From an uncultured Chitinophagaceae bacterium (lineage in GTDB: Bacteria > Bacteroidota > Ignavibacteria > UBA10030 > UBA8401), in contig CAYPEM010000007.1 in assembly GCA_964409765.1 (NCBI GenBank), positions 12,033 to 76,032 on the forward strand: 64,000 bases of DNA, given 5' to 3'. The translations under genes were made by a program, and so were the position numbers. Under the pieces are notes generated by a model. The model made no database searches, was not told the DNA's origin, and worked only from the letters and a program-made list of their open reading frames with translations. Of this stretch, positions 19,893-30,390 are shown in pieces; the first letter of the stretch is position 1, and every line of letters starts with the position of its first letter.

Positions 19893-22800
19893 ATGTTTAA
19901 AGAACTTACTGACAAGATAAATTATTCCGAAGTTGAAGAAGAAATTTTGAAATTTTGGGAAGAGAATAAAATTTTTGAAGAATCCATATCTTCACGAAAA
20001 GGGAAACCCCTGTACACTTTTTACGAAGGACCGCCGACGGCAAACGGACGTCCGGGCATTCATCATGTTATGGCAAGAACTCTGAAGGATGCATTCTGCC
20101 GATACAAAACAATGAGTGGTTTCCAGGTTCATCGTAAAGCTGGATGGGATACTCATGGTCTTCCGGTTGAAATTGAAGTAGAGAAACAGATCGGAATTAA
20201 ACATAAAGATGAAATAGTTGCATACGGTGTTGAGAAATTCAATACAGCATGCCGTGAGTCAGTTTGGAAGTATAAAGTCGATTGGGAAAAAATGACCCGA
20301 GAGATGGGATATTGGGTCGATCTCAATGATCCTTACGTGACTTTTCACAATAACTATATTGAATCGATTTGGTGGGCGCTGAAGCAGTATTACAACAAAG
20401 AGATGATCTATCGTGGATATAAGATCCAGCCGTATTGTCCGCGGTGTGAAACTCCGCTTTCGTCTCATGAAGTCGCCCTTGGATATAAGGATGTGAAAGA
20501 TCCAAGCGTGTACGTCAAAATGAAATTGAAGAATGAAATCAACACCCATTTTTTGGTGTGGACGACAACTCCTTGGACATTGATCTCCAATGTTGCCGTT
20601 GCTGTTCATCCAACGATCGATTATGTAAAAGTAGAATTGCTTGCCAGTGAAGGTGAAGAAACCAAACCTACCGGTGAATTTTTAATTCTTGCAAAAGCAC
20701 GACTGGAAGTGTTGAAAGAAAAATATTCCATAGTTTCTGAATTCAAAGGAAAGGATCTACTCGGTAAAGAATACGAACGTCTATTTAACTACCATGAAGT
20801 AAAAGAAAAAGGTTGGTACGTTGTTGAAGCAGATTTTGTTACGACCGATGATGGTTCAGGAATAGTTCACATGGCTCCGGCGTATGGCGAAGATGATTAT
20901 CAGATCTGCCGAAAATACAACCTCCCGACAATTCACCCCGTTAATAAATCGGGTGAGTTTGAAGATGCGGTGATAGATTTCAAAGGAAAATTTGTAAAAG
21001 ATGCTGATGCCGATATCATACAGAATTTAAAAGCACGCAATATACTCTATAAAAAAGAAGCATACCTTCATAGTTACCCGCATTGCTGGCGTTGTTCTTC
21101 ACCATTGTTGTATTATGCACGTGATTCATGGTATATCCGTACAACAGCATATTCGCAAAGAATGATTGAACTGAATAAACAGATCAATTGGATTCCTAAA
21201 GAAGTCGGTGAAGGGCGATTTGGAAATTGGCTCGAAGAGAATAAGGATTGGGCATTATCCCGAGACCGATATTGGGGAACACCACTTCCTATTTGGGTTT
21301 CGGAAGATATGAAGGAAATGAAATGTGTGGGAAGTTTTGAAGAGTTAGTTGGTGCTGAGTGGCTAGATGAGAACGGAAATCCAACGGGCAAGATCTTCAG
21401 CAAAGAAGATCTAAAGACGCTGGACCCGCATAAACCAACCGTTGATAAACTTGCGTTTAAAACTGCAAACGGAAAATATCTGAAACGGACACCGGAACTG
21501 ATTGATGTCTGGTTTGATTCCGGTGCAATGCCATTCGCTCAATGGCATTATCCATTTGAGAATAAGGAGATTTTTGACAGTGCATATCCGGCAGATTTTA
21601 TTTCGGAGGGCATCGATCAGACACGCGGTTGGTTCTATACGCTCCACTCAATAGGAACCTTTTTATTTGATAAACCTGCGTATAAGAATGTATTGGTTAA
21701 TGAATTGATCCTGGATAAGACTGGGCAGAAAATGTCCAAATCGAAAGGGAATACCGTAGATCCTTTTGCTTTGATTGCAAAGTACGGTGCCGATGCAACG
21801 CGATGGTATCTTGTATCGCAATCCCCGGTGTGGCGGACGACGTTATTCGATGAAGATGGGATCGGGGAAGTTCAAAGAAAATTTTTCAGTACACTTGTTA
21901 ATACATATTCGTTCTTCGCGTTATATGCAAATATCGATTCATTTGATTTCAACGAACCGGTCATTCCAATTTCAGAGCGGTCTGAAATAGACCGATGGAT
22001 CATTTCGTCATTGAATTCATTGATCAAAGAATATACACAATACATGAACGAATATGATCTTACGAAAGCCTCGCGTGCAATTACAGACTTTACACTTGAT
22101 CATCTTTCAAATTGGTATGTCCGTCGAAATCGACGTCGGTTCTGGAAAAGTGAAAAGGGAAAAGATAAAACAGCAGCATATCAAACATTATATGAATGTC
22201 TCGATGCAATTGTAAAAATGGCTGCGCCGATTGCTCCATTCTTATCTGATGAGATGTTCCGAAATTTAAATGGTGCTACGAAGAAGGAAAAAATTTCCTC
22301 GGTTCATTTAACTATGCTTCCTATAGTTAATCAATCAGCAATCGACCCTGCACTAGAGACTCGAATGGACCGTGCAATGAGAATCGTTGGATTGGTTCGC
22401 GCAATGCGGATGAAATCGAATTTAAAAGTTCGACAACCGCTTAAAAAAATTCTTATACCGGTAAAAGACCAGACGGAATATTTGTTGCTAAAATCGATTG
22501 AAGGAATTATCCTTGACGAGATCAATGTAAAAGAGGTCGATGCTAAGATCAATCAGGATATCATAAAATATAAGATCAAGGCAAATTTCAGGGTTTTAGG
22601 ATCGAAATATGGCAAAGCTACTGCAAAAGTAGCAGACTGTATTAAGCAATTCACAACGGATCAAATTACAAAAATTAATTCTGATGGGAAAATTGAAATT
22701 ATTGTTGAAGATAAACCGGTGACCATTGTGCTTGAAGATGTTGAGATCATTGCAGAAGAGATCAAGGGCTGGATGGTTGAATCTGATGGAAAGATTACTG

Positions 22801-23093
22801 TTGCGCTCGACACGGAGATCACGCCTGAACTGCGAGTTGAAGGATTTGCGCGTGAATTTGTCAGCCGCATTCAGAATCTTCGAAAAGACTCGGGATTGGA
22901 AGTTATTGATAGAATTGCAATAGCATTTAATTGCAGTGATCAACTGGCAGATGCACTTATAAAATCTACAGACTATATCAAGAATGAAACATTATCGGTA
23001 GAATTAACAAGAAAAGTACTTAATGGAAATGCCGTTAAAGAAGATATTAATGGTGAGCAATGTGAGATCAGTATTACCAAGGTGTTGAACTAA
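19893..23093 (+). CDS. ileS: Isoleucine--tRNA ligase (long type 2 form)
   Basis: 1066 aa. HIGH-region PGIHHVMAR, KMSKSKGN, editing-domain WTTTPWTL. Starts 1 nt after the PNP stop, leaving no leader. Confidence 0.97.
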   Translation: MFKELTDKINYSEVEEEILKFWEENKIFEESISSRKGKPLYTFYEGPPTANGRPGIHHVMARTLKDAFCRYKTMSGFQVHRKAGWDTHGLPVEIEVEKQIGIKHKDEIVAYGVEKFNTACRESVWKYKVDWEKMTREMGYWVDLNDPYVTFHNNYIESIWWALKQYYNKEMIYRGYKIQPYCPRCETPLSSHEVALGYKDVKDPSVYVKMKLKNEINTHFLVWTTTPWTLISNVAVAVHPTIDYVKVELLASEGEETKPTGEFLILAKARLEVLKEKYSIVSEFKGKDLLGKEYERLFNYHEVKEKGWYVVEADFVTTDDGSGIVHMAPAYGEDDYQICRKYNLPTIHPVNKSGEFEDAVIDFKGKFVKDADADIIQNLKARNILYKKEAYLHSYPHCWRCSSPLLYYARDSWYIRTTAYSQRMIELNKQINWIPKEVGEGRFGNWLEENKDWALSRDRYWGTPLPIWVSEDMKEMKCVGSFEELVGAEWLDENGNPTGKIFSKEDLKTLDPHKPTVDKLAFKTANGKYLKRTPELIDVWFDSGAMPFAQWHYPFENKEIFDSAYPADFISEGIDQTRGWFYTLHSIGTFLFDKPAYKNVLVNELILDKTGQKMSKSKGNTVDPFALIAKYGADATRWYLVSQSPVWRTTLFDEDGIGEVQRKFFSTLVNTYSFFALYANIDSFDFNEPVIPISERSEIDRWIISSLNSLIKEYTQYMNEYDLTKASRAITDFTLDHLSNWYVRRNRRRFWKSEKGKDKTAAYQTLYECLDAIVKMAAPIAPFLSDEMFRNLNGATKKEKISSVHLTMLPIVNQSAIDPALETRMDRAMRIVGLVRAMRMKSNLKVRQPLKKILIPVKDQTEYLLLKSIEGIILDEINVKEVDAKINQDIIKYKIKANFRVLGSKYGKATAKVADCIKQFTTDQITKINSDGKIEIIVEDKPVTIVLEDVEIIAEEIKGWMVESDGKITVALDTEITPELRVEGFAREFVSRIQNLRKDSGLEVIDRIAIAFNCSDQLADALIKSTDYIKNETLSVELTRKVLNGNAVKEDINGEQCEISITKVLN

Positions 23094-23120
23094 TTTATTG
23101 TCAATATTAAAAGGATTGCA

Positions 23121-23654
23121 ATGGCGAAAAAGACCGTAGTAAAAGCAAAATCCAAAACCAAAACAGTAAAAAAAGTTGTGCGGGCAAAACCTATACCGGT
23201 AAAAGCGAAAAAAACTGTCCTCAAACCTGTCAAGAAAAAAGTGATCAAAGGATATAGTGCAAGGGATCTGGAATTTTTCAAAAAACTGATTCTGGAGAAA
23301 CGAAAAGAGATCCTTGAAGAATTGATGATCTTAAAAGAAAGTATGATGGATGTTACTACCGGTGAGTATGCGAGTGAGAATTCCACGTATTCAACACACA
23401 TGGAACAAGGTACGGATGCCATGGAACGTGAAAAAACATTCCTGTTTGCTTCACGTGAGGGTAAGTTCCTGAATTACTTGGATGATGCACTTCGACGCAT
23501 TGAAAAAGGAACGTATGGCATTTGTCTTGATTGCATTGAAACCCCGCAAGAACATTGCAAAACATGTCCGCTGATTCCGAAAGAGCGTCTGGAAGCAGTA
23601 CCTCATGCTCAATTATGTGTGGAGTGCAAAACCCTGAAGAAGGGGATGATGTAA
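23121..23654 (+). CDS. DksA/TraR (YlyA-like) C4 zinc-finger protein with lysine-rich N-terminal extension
   Basis: CLDC...CVEC finger plus an extra CKTC pair. The first ~45 aa are K/V/A-rich (KAKSKTKTVKKVVRAKPIPVKAKK). Confidence 0.8.
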   Translation: MAKKTVVKAKSKTKTVKKVVRAKPIPVKAKKTVLKPVKKKVIKGYSARDLEFFKKLILEKRKEILEELMILKESMMDVTTGEYASENSTYSTHMEQGTDAMEREKTFLFASREGKFLNYLDDALRRIEKGTYGICLDCIETPQEHCKTCPLIPKERLEAVPHAQLCVECKTLKKGMM

Positions 23655-23656
23655 TC

Positions 23657-24259
23657 GTGAGAGTCCTATTTGTCACTTTGTTTATTGTTATTGCAGACCA
23701 ACTCACAAAGTTCATGATCAAAGGAATAGATATTCCTATGCTCGGAATCTCATTCCAAGGAATGCCGTTAGGAAATTCGATTCCGGTATTTGGAGATTTT
23801 CTTCGGATCACATTCATTGAGAATCCGGGCATGGCTTTTGGTATTGAAGTCGTTGATGGTAAGATCTTTCTTACGCTTTTTTCAATCTTAGCTAGTGTGG
23901 GGATATTGCTTTATCTTTACATAATGCGAAATGAAAAGATGTTGTTTCGTCTTTCACTGGCTCTCATTCTAGGCGGTGCGGTTGGTAATTTAATTGATAG
24001 AGTTTTTTATGGTGTCATCTACGGCGAATCTACACTATTTCATGGAAAAGTGGTCGATTTTATCGACGTCGATTTTTTCAATATTGATTTTTTAGGTTTT
24101 CAATTGTCGCGATTTTGGGTATTCAATATTGCTGACGCTTCTGTATCCATTGGGGTTATAATGATGTTATTGTTTCATCGATCATTTGTTGATCAAAATA
24201 ATCAACTTCCTGAAATACAACCATCAGAAACATCTTCTGAATCCACTCCATTGGTTTAA
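23657..24259 (+). CDS. lspA: Lipoprotein signal peptidase II
   Basis: IADQLTKF, ENPGMAFGI, GGAVGNLIDR and FNIADASV motifs. GTG 23657 chosen because the longer ORF overlaps the dksA-like gene. Confidence 0.85.
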   Translation: MRVLFVTLFIVIADQLTKFMIKGIDIPMLGISFQGMPLGNSIPVFGDFLRITFIENPGMAFGIEVVDGKIFLTLFSILASVGILLYLYIMRNEKMLFRLSLALILGGAVGNLIDRVFYGVIYGESTLFHGKVVDFIDVDFFNIDFLGFQLSRFWVFNIADASVSIGVIMMLLFHRSFVDQNNQLPEIQPSETSSESTPLV

Positions 24260-24283
24260 AATAATTTATTCTTCACTGATATA

Positions 24284-24311
24284 ATGCCCGCCGGAAGCGG
24301 GCATCTTTTTT
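24284..24311 (+). terminator. Rho-independent terminator
   Basis: ATGCCCGC-CGGAA-GCGGGCAT followed by CTTTTTT. Confidence 0.85.
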
Positions 24312-24324
24312 AGAAGTAGTAAAA

Positions 24325-25308
24325 ATGAAAAATCATTTTGAAATTCGAATTCCGCCGGGACAGACTAAAGAACGTCTGGATGTGTATTTAACTGCGCATA
24401 CCGAGAATGCAACAAGAAATAAGGTGCAGGAAGCGATCAAGAACGGCGAAGTTCTTGTGAATGGAAAGACCGTAAAACCAAGCTACGTAATTCTTGGAAA
24501 TGATCTCATTGAAATTAACCTGCAGCGCCCAGATCCTCCGGAAGTGAAGGCAGAAAATATTCCTTTGGAGATAGTGTATGAAGATGAATATTTATTGGTG
24601 GTGAACAAACCTGCTGGAATGGTAACTCATCCGGCTTATAAAAATTACTCGGGAACATTGGTCAATGCATTGATGCATCATTCCGAAACACTGTCGCATC
24701 TTCATGCCGAAGATGATGAAGAATTTGATATAGTCCGTCCGGGAATAGTCCATCGGCTTGATAAAGACACCAGCGGATTATTGGTTGTAGCCAAAGATGA
24801 AACATCACACCAAAAATTGGCAAAGCAATTTGCTGCAAAAACCTCAGAGCGGGAATATAATGCTATCGTGTGGGGAAAATTCAAACAGGAGACCGGGACA
24901 ATTGATGCTCCATTAGGGAGAAGTAAAAGCGATCGAAAGAAAGTAGCTGTTGTTGCAGATGGAAAGAATGCCGTTACTGAATATGAAGTGATCGAACAAT
25001 TCGACTATCTGTCTTTCGTAAAGCTCCATCTTCGCACCGGACGGACACATCAGATCCGCGTTCATCTTTCGCATATCCATCATCCGGTATTTGGGGATGA
25101 AACCTACGGTGGCAGAGAGATCGTTATAAGCGGAATTGAAGGGAAGAAGAAAGCAGAAGTGAAAAATCTGCTGGAAATGATGCCGCGCCAAGCACTTCAT
25201 GCAAAGAAACTCGGGTTTATCCACCCTACAACAAAAAAAATGATGCGTTTTGAAAGTGAACTTCCGGGAGATATGCAGAAAGTATTAACATTCTTAAGAA
25301 ATAAATAA
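24325..25308 (+). CDS. rluD: RluA-family 23S rRNA pseudouridine synthase (RluD-like)
   Basis: N-terminal S4 domain, catalytic HRLDKDTSGLL, and GRTHQIRVH. Confidence 0.9.
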   Translation: MKNHFEIRIPPGQTKERLDVYLTAHTENATRNKVQEAIKNGEVLVNGKTVKPSYVILGNDLIEINLQRPDPPEVKAENIPLEIVYEDEYLLVVNKPAGMVTHPAYKNYSGTLVNALMHHSETLSHLHAEDDEEFDIVRPGIVHRLDKDTSGLLVVAKDETSHQKLAKQFAAKTSEREYNAIVWGKFKQETGTIDAPLGRSKSDRKKVAVVADGKNAVTEYEVIEQFDYLSFVKLHLRTGRTHQIRVHLSHIHHPVFGDETYGGREIVISGIEGKKKAEVKNLLEMMPRQALHAKKLGFIHPTTKKMMRFESELPGDMQKVLTFLRNK

Positions 25309-25317
25309 TCAACAAGA

Positions 25318-26142
25318 TTATTTTTTCTGTAGTTCTAATGCCAATCGTTCTAAACTTGGGATATAATCCATAACGAACACTTCTTCGGTTTGTGTAAGGT
25401 TTACAGTAGGTGTAACTTCAATTTTTTTAAAAAGGCTGTTTGGTATTTCGCTTACTGTATTTACAATTCCAATTTTAATTCCCGGCGGGAATGCATTGCT
25501 GTATTCAGAAGTTATTATAGCATCACCCACTTTTACATCCAATGTTTTTGCTACATTTTTGAAAAGAAGAGTTTTACCGTCCCATGCAATAATTCCATCT
25601 ACACGGCTACGTTGAATTTTGGAACTTGCTCGAAAATCAACATTCACGATCATCTGTCCAATGGCATATCCGCCGCTCACGGCAACAATTCTGCCGATTA
25701 AGCCTTCACCCGTAACGATCGGATTTCCGATATGAATACTGTCGTTAGCACCAGCATCAATGGTCAAAGTATTTCTAAGAAGATTGAAGTTCTTTGCAAT
25801 AACTTTTGCGGATGTCAACTTTATCGCAGATGTTTCGCGCAGGGCAATCATTGAGCGGAGACGGATATTCTCCAATCGTGATTCCCGGAGTTGACTTACT
25901 TCATCCGCAAGGTTAACATTTATTTTTCGCAGCAACTCATTCTCGCGCTGTAGTGCGGTAAGATTAGGAAGGAAGGAAAATGTTTGTTGAATAACGCCTA
26001 ACGACCCAACTGTCAATGACCTGATCTGTCGAATTTGTGCATTATCATTGATCACAAGCAGTGCAAGTGACACTGAAACAAGCACAACCAACAACACATA
26101 TTCTTTGAAGAGAAAAAAATATTGATAAAGTCGTTGAATCAT
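25318..26142 (-). CDS. mreC: Rod shape-determining protein MreC
   Basis: N-terminal transmembrane segment, coiled coil, GLIGRI motif; immediately downstream of mreB. Confidence 0.85.
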   Translation of the reverse strand: MIQRLYQYFFLFKEYVLLVVLVSVSLALLVINDNAQIRQIRSLTVGSLGVIQQTFSFLPNLTALQRENELLRKINVNLADEVSQLRESRLENIRLRSMIALRETSAIKLTSAKVIAKNFNLLRNTLTIDAGANDSIHIGNPIVTGEGLIGRIVAVSGGYAIGQMIVNVDFRASSKIQRSRVDGIIAWDGKTLLFKNVAKTLDVKVGDAIITSEYSNAFPPGIKIGIVNTVSEIPNSLFKKIEVTPTVNLTQTEEVFVMDYIPSLERLALELQKK

Positions 26143-26148
26143 TGTCTG

Positions 26149-27174
26149 TTAGTAGCGTCTGCTGGTAAGAAGAACTTTTTGATATTTTTCCAAATTTTCA
26201 AGAACACGTCCGGTGCCCCGAACGACTGCAGTTAACGGATCTTCAGCGACGTGCACGGGAAGATTAGTCTCCAAACGAAGCCGTTCATCAAGTCCTTTGA
26301 TCAATGCCCCGCCGCCGGTCAGCATTATACCACGATCGAGAATATCAGACGCAAGTTCCGGTGGTGTCCTCTCCAATGTCATTTTGACGCCGTCGATAAT
26401 TGAAGAGATATTTTCATTCAACGCCTCTCTGATCTCAACCGAACTTGCTTCAGTTGTTTTTGGGATACCATTTACAAGATCACGGCCTTTCACTTGAATA
26501 GTCACTTCTTCTTTCATCGGCATAACGGATCCGACTTCACATTTGATCGCTTCAGCAGTTCGTTCTCCGATAAGGATGTTATGATTTTTTTTGAAAAATT
26601 GAATGATGGCATTGTTCAGTTCATCTCCGGCGATACGGATCGATTCTTCATTTACAATTCCCGAAAGAGCGATGACAGCAATTTCTGTTGTACCTCCGCC
26701 GATATCTACGATCATATTCCCAACCGGTGCTTCTACATCCAATCCAATTCCAATCGCAGCTGCCATCGGTTCTGCAATCAGATGAACTTCTTTTGCACCC
26801 GCATGTTCTGCAGAATCCCGCACAGCTCGCTTTTCAACTTCCGTGACTCCGCTCGGAACACACACAACAATTCGTCGGCTTGGCATCCAACTGGAATGAA
26901 TTTTTTTAATGAACTCGCGTAACATTCCTTCAGCAATTTCAAAATCTGCAATAACCCCATCGCGCATCGGACGGATTGTACGAATGTCGCGATGTGTTCT
27001 GCCGAGCATTTCACGAGCTTCGTTTCCGATGGCAACAATTTTTTTTGTATTGCGGTCAAACGCTACAATGGAAGGTTCGTTCAGCACAATGCCTTTACCC
27101 TTCATGTAGATAAGTGTGTTTGCCGTTCCTAAATCGATGGCGATGTCTGCCGAGAAATAATCTAATACACCCAT
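26149..27174 (-). CDS. mreB: Rod shape-determining protein MreB
   Basis: Actin-fold motifs DLGTANT, DIGGGTTE and LTGGGA. Confidence 0.97.
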   Translation of the reverse strand: MGVLDYFSADIAIDLGTANTLIYMKGKGIVLNEPSIVAFDRNTKKIVAIGNEAREMLGRTHRDIRTIRPMRDGVIADFEIAEGMLREFIKKIHSSWMPSRRIVVCVPSGVTEVEKRAVRDSAEHAGAKEVHLIAEPMAAAIGIGLDVEAPVGNMIVDIGGGTTEIAVIALSGIVNEESIRIAGDELNNAIIQFFKKNHNILIGERTAEAIKCEVGSVMPMKEEVTIQVKGRDLVNGIPKTTEASSVEIREALNENISSIIDGVKMTLERTPPELASDILDRGIMLTGGGALIKGLDERLRLETNLPVHVAEDPLTAVVRGTGRVLENLEKYQKVLLTSRRY

Positions 27175-27184
27175 AATAATTTTT

Positions 27185-28717
27185 TTAATGTTTAAAGTGA
27201 CGAATTCCAGTGAATATCATAGCAATGTTGTGATCATCAGCTGTTTGAATTACTTCGTTGTCTCGAATGGACCCGCCGGGTTGAATGACTGCCGTTGCAC
27301 CCGCACTTACTGCTTCTAACAACCCATCAGCAAAAGGGAAAAAAGCATCCGAAGCGACAACACTTCCTTGTAAGGATAGATTGCTTTCTTTAGCTTTCCA
27401 AACAGCGATTTTTGATGAATCAATCCGGGACATTTGACCCGCTCCGACAGCAAGCGTTCGGTCTTTAGCACCATATACGATTGCATTGGATTTTACATGT
27501 TTTGCAACTTTCCAGTTGAACATCATCGCCTCCATTTCATCAACTGTTGGCTGGCGTTTAGTTACAATTTTCAATTGCTCATTGGAAAGCTGAGCTAAAT
27601 CTTTTGATTGAACAAGCAATCCACCGGAAACGGAACGAATATCAAAGCCGTGTGATTTGGCTTTCAGAATTTGAACGATACGTCTATCTTTTTTCTTCAT
27701 CAGAAAATCAAGCACACCTGGTTCAAATGAAGGGGCGAGAATAATCTCTGTGAAAATCTCATTCATTGCTTCAGCTGCTTTCATATCTAGCGGTCGGTTG
27801 ACAGCAATAATTCCGCCAAAAGGAGCTTTTATATCGGTGGCGAATGCTTTGCGATATCCTTCGACAAGGGTTTCAGCACTGCCAACACCGCATGGATTGG
27901 TATGCTTAACTATAACAACTGTTGGTTTTTCAAATTCACCGACTAGAGCAACTGCAGCATTAGCATCAATGATATTATTAAATGAAAGTTCTTTCCCGTG
28001 TAATTTTTTAAATGACTCTTCATATTTCCCATATAATGCGGCTGATTGATGTGGATTTTCTCCGTATCGTAGATCCGCATATTTTTTTAATGAAATCGAG
28101 AATGTTTCTGTAAGTGTTTGATGTTCAGATGTACGTAAAAGATATGCAGAAATTGTTGAATCATAATGTGCGGTATGTTGGAAAACTTCTTTCGCTAATT
28201 CAAAACAGGTATCTTCACTGACACATCCATCCCGTTCTTTCAATTCCTTCAAAATAGATTCATATCTGTTATGATTGACAATCACAGCAGTAAATCGATA
28301 ATTTTTTGCAGCAGAGCGGAGCATCGTTGGACCGCCAATATCGATATTCTCAATTGCTTCTTCTAACGGAACATTCGGTTTTGCAATAGTCTCTTCAAAC
28401 GGATATAAATTTACTACAACAAGATCAATTGGTTGAATATTGTGTTGTTCCAACTGCTGGCGATGAGAAGGATTATCAAGCACTGCAAGTAATCCTGCAT
28501 GAACTGCTGGATGCAACGTCTTTACTCTTCCATCGAGTATTTCTGGAAAGCCAGTGATCTCTGAGATCTGTTTTGCTGGAATATTATTCGCTGTTAGTAG
28601 AGAATAAGTGCCGCCGGTGGAAATAATTTCTACATTTGCGCTATGTAATTCTTTTGCAAATTCAATGATTCCTTTTTTGTCTGATACACTGATAAGTGCG
28701 CGTTTGATCTTAAGCAA
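27185..28717 (-). CDS. purH: Bifunctional AICAR transformylase / IMP cyclohydrolase
   Basis: 510 aa; [13 protein letters not shown] and [10 protein letters not shown] motifs. Confidence 0.97.
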   Translation of the reverse strand: MLKIKRALISVSDKKGIIEFAKELHSANVEIISTGGTYSLLTANNIPAKQISEITGFPEILDGRVKTLHPAVHAGLLAVLDNPSHRQQLEQHNIQPIDLVVVNLYPFEETIAKPNVPLEEAIENIDIGGPTMLRSAAKNYRFTAVIVNHNRYESILKELKERDGCVSEDTCFELAKEVFQHTAHYDSTISAYLLRTSEHQTLTETFSISLKKYADLRYGENPHQSAALYGKYEESFKKLHGKELSFNNIIDANAAVALVGEFEKPTVVIVKHTNPCGVGSAETLVEGYRKAFATDIKAPFGGIIAVNRPLDMKAAEAMNEIFTEIILAPSFEPGVLDFLMKKKDRRIVQILKAKSHGFDIRSVSGGLLVQSKDLAQLSNEQLKIVTKRQPTVDEMEAMMFNWKVAKHVKSNAIVYGAKDRTLAVGAGQMSRIDSSKIAVWKAKESNLSLQGSVVASDAFFPFADGLLEAVSAGATAVIQPGGSIRDNEVIQTADDHNIAMIFTGIRHFKH

Positions 28718-28735
28718 TATATATATCCCTTTATT

Positions 28736-29350
28736 TCAAAATTTTTCAGAAAACATTTTTATGACTGATGGAAGCAGTTCATGTTCAACTTGTAAAACTT
28801 TTGCTGCGAGAGTTTCAGGAGTTTCATTCTCTTCAATGTGTACCTTTTGCTGGCGAATAATAGATCCTTTATCATACTCTTCATTGACAAAGTGAACAGT
28901 TGCACCGGATTCTTTTTCTTTTGCTGCGATCACTGCAGAATGAACATACATTCCATACATCCCCTCGCCCCCGTATTTTGGAAGCAGTGCTGGGTGAATG
29001 TTGATGATGCGGTCTGGAAAAGCTCGTATGATCACCGGATCCATCTTTTTCATATACCCGGCTAACACAATAAAATTCACATTTCTCGAATGAAGTATCT
29101 GAAGAAGTTTTTCCTGAAACATTAAAGAATCAGAAAATTGACGCTGACTAATGTGAAATGCCGGAATATTAAATGATTGCGCAAGGGATAAAACACCGGA
29201 TGAAGAATTGTTACTGATAACAACAGCGATCGTTGCCGGAATTTTTTGATTAATGATTGCACGATAAAGTGCTTCAAAATTGGAGCCTCGACCGGATGCA
29301 AAAACAGCAATATTTAACACGTAAAAATTTCCTTCAACAGAGCAAAACAT
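28736..29350 (-). CDS. purN: Phosphoribosylglycinamide formyltransferase
   Basis: ASGRGSNF and NIHPALLPKYGG motifs. GTG at 29317 with a GAAGGA Shine-Dalgarno is a plausible alternative start. Confidence 0.9.
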   Translation of the reverse strand: MFCSVEGNFYVLNIAVFASGRGSNFEALYRAIINQKIPATIAVVISNNSSSGVLSLAQSFNIPAFHISQRQFSDSLMFQEKLLQILHSRNVNFIVLAGYMKKMDPVIIRAFPDRIINIHPALLPKYGGEGMYGMYVHSAVIAAKEKESGATVHFVNEEYDKGSIIRQQKVHIEENETPETLAAKVLQVEHELLPSVIKMFSEKF

Positions 29351-29395
29351 CTAAAATCAATACAAATGTAAGCACAAATGCACGGTTTGTCAATG

Positions 29396-29422
29396 AAAAG
29401 CAGTGAAAAATCACTGCTTTTT
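29396..29422 (-). terminator. Terminator after ldcA (palindromic, could act on both strands)
   Basis: AGCAGTGA-AAAA-TCACTGCT flanked by A-runs and T-runs. Confidence 0.7.
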
Positions 29423-29446
29423 CAATCTTTTTAGCAATTTTGCCGA

Positions 29447-30388
29447 CTACCGAACGCCAGACTCCATGAATGATAAATTATTTTTAGTTGTGTCAATTGT
29501 TGCACGAATACCGATAGGGATAGTTAATTTTTGAGGAACATGACCATATACAAGCCCAGTCACCACCGGCTTTTTTAAGTCAGCTAAATAATCATTCATG
29601 ACCTGCTCAGCGGTTAAGAAAGGTTTTGTGGTATCTGTTGCTTTCACATCAGTCAGTTCACACATGATAACACCGTTTGTATCCTTGAGAATGTTGGTTA
29701 TACGAAGCTGATTCATCATTCGATCAAATCGATAACTTTCTTCTTCGATCTCCTCAATGAATAACAAAGATTTCTTGAATGAAGGGAGGTATTTGCTGCC
29801 GGCAAGAGCAACGATCAATGAGAGATTTCCACCAAGAAGAATTCCTGAGGATTTTCCCTTAACTAGTGTCTGCAATTTTTTTCCAAGTGGGTTTTGTATA
29901 ACTCCCATTTTTTTTGTTGAAGTAATACAATCCCAAAAATGTTCCTCTGTGAAGGGATCAATGCCTTTGAACATTTCGACACCGGACATTGGTCCGGAAA
30001 ATGTCACAAGACTAGTTTTTTTAAAGATTGCTAATTGCAGTGCAGTGAGGTCGCTATAACCAACAAGAATTTTGGGATTATTTTTAATGACAGTATAATT
30101 CAAAAGAGGAAGTAAACGAGGTGTACCATATCCGCCACGAACAGCAATGATTGCTTTTATATCTTTGTCGGCAAACATTTCGTTGATATCATCAGCTCGT
30201 TCCTGATCTGTTCCTGCAAGATACCCATATACTTTGTGGACATTTTTTCCGAGTTTCACACGATATCCAAGCTTTTCTAGATATTCTGCACCTTTGGTGA
30301 TCTTTTCCGGTGTGCTTGGGGGACTGGCGGGAGCGATGATTCCTATGGTATCTCCCTTTTTAAGAGCGCGAGGTTTTATTGTTCTCAT
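29447..30388 (-). CDS. ldcA: LD-carboxypeptidase (peptidase S66)
   Basis: GYSDLT nucleophile motif and GHVPQKLTIPIG C-terminal motif. Confidence 0.85.
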   Translation of the reverse strand: MRTIKPRALKKGDTIGIIAPASPPSTPEKITKGAEYLEKLGYRVKLGKNVHKVYGYLAGTDQERADDINEMFADKDIKAIIAVRGGYGTPRLLPLLNYTVIKNNPKILVGYSDLTALQLAIFKKTSLVTFSGPMSGVEMFKGIDPFTEEHFWDCITSTKKMGVIQNPLGKKLQTLVKGKSSGILLGGNLSLIVALAGSKYLPSFKKSLLFIEEIEEESYRFDRMMNQLRITNILKDTNGVIMCELTDVKATDTTKPFLTAEQVMNDYLADLKKPVVTGLVYGHVPQKLTIPIGIRATIDTTKNNLSFMESGVR

Positions 30389-30390
30389 AA

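Noticed and set aside
23555-23656. Longer lspA ORF starting at ATG 23555
   Set aside because: It would overlap the 3' end of the dksA-like gene by 100 nt in another frame. The conserved LspA sequence begins at the GTG 23657 product VRVLFVTLF.
23356-23832. 158-aa minus-strand ORF spanning the dksA-like / lspA junction
   Set aside because: It overlaps two well-supported plus-strand genes and has no motif.
26494-26922. 142-aa plus-strand ORF inside mreB
   Set aside because: It is antisense to a near-canonical MreB, and its composition is Phe/Ser/Asn-rich, typical of a reverse-frame artefact.
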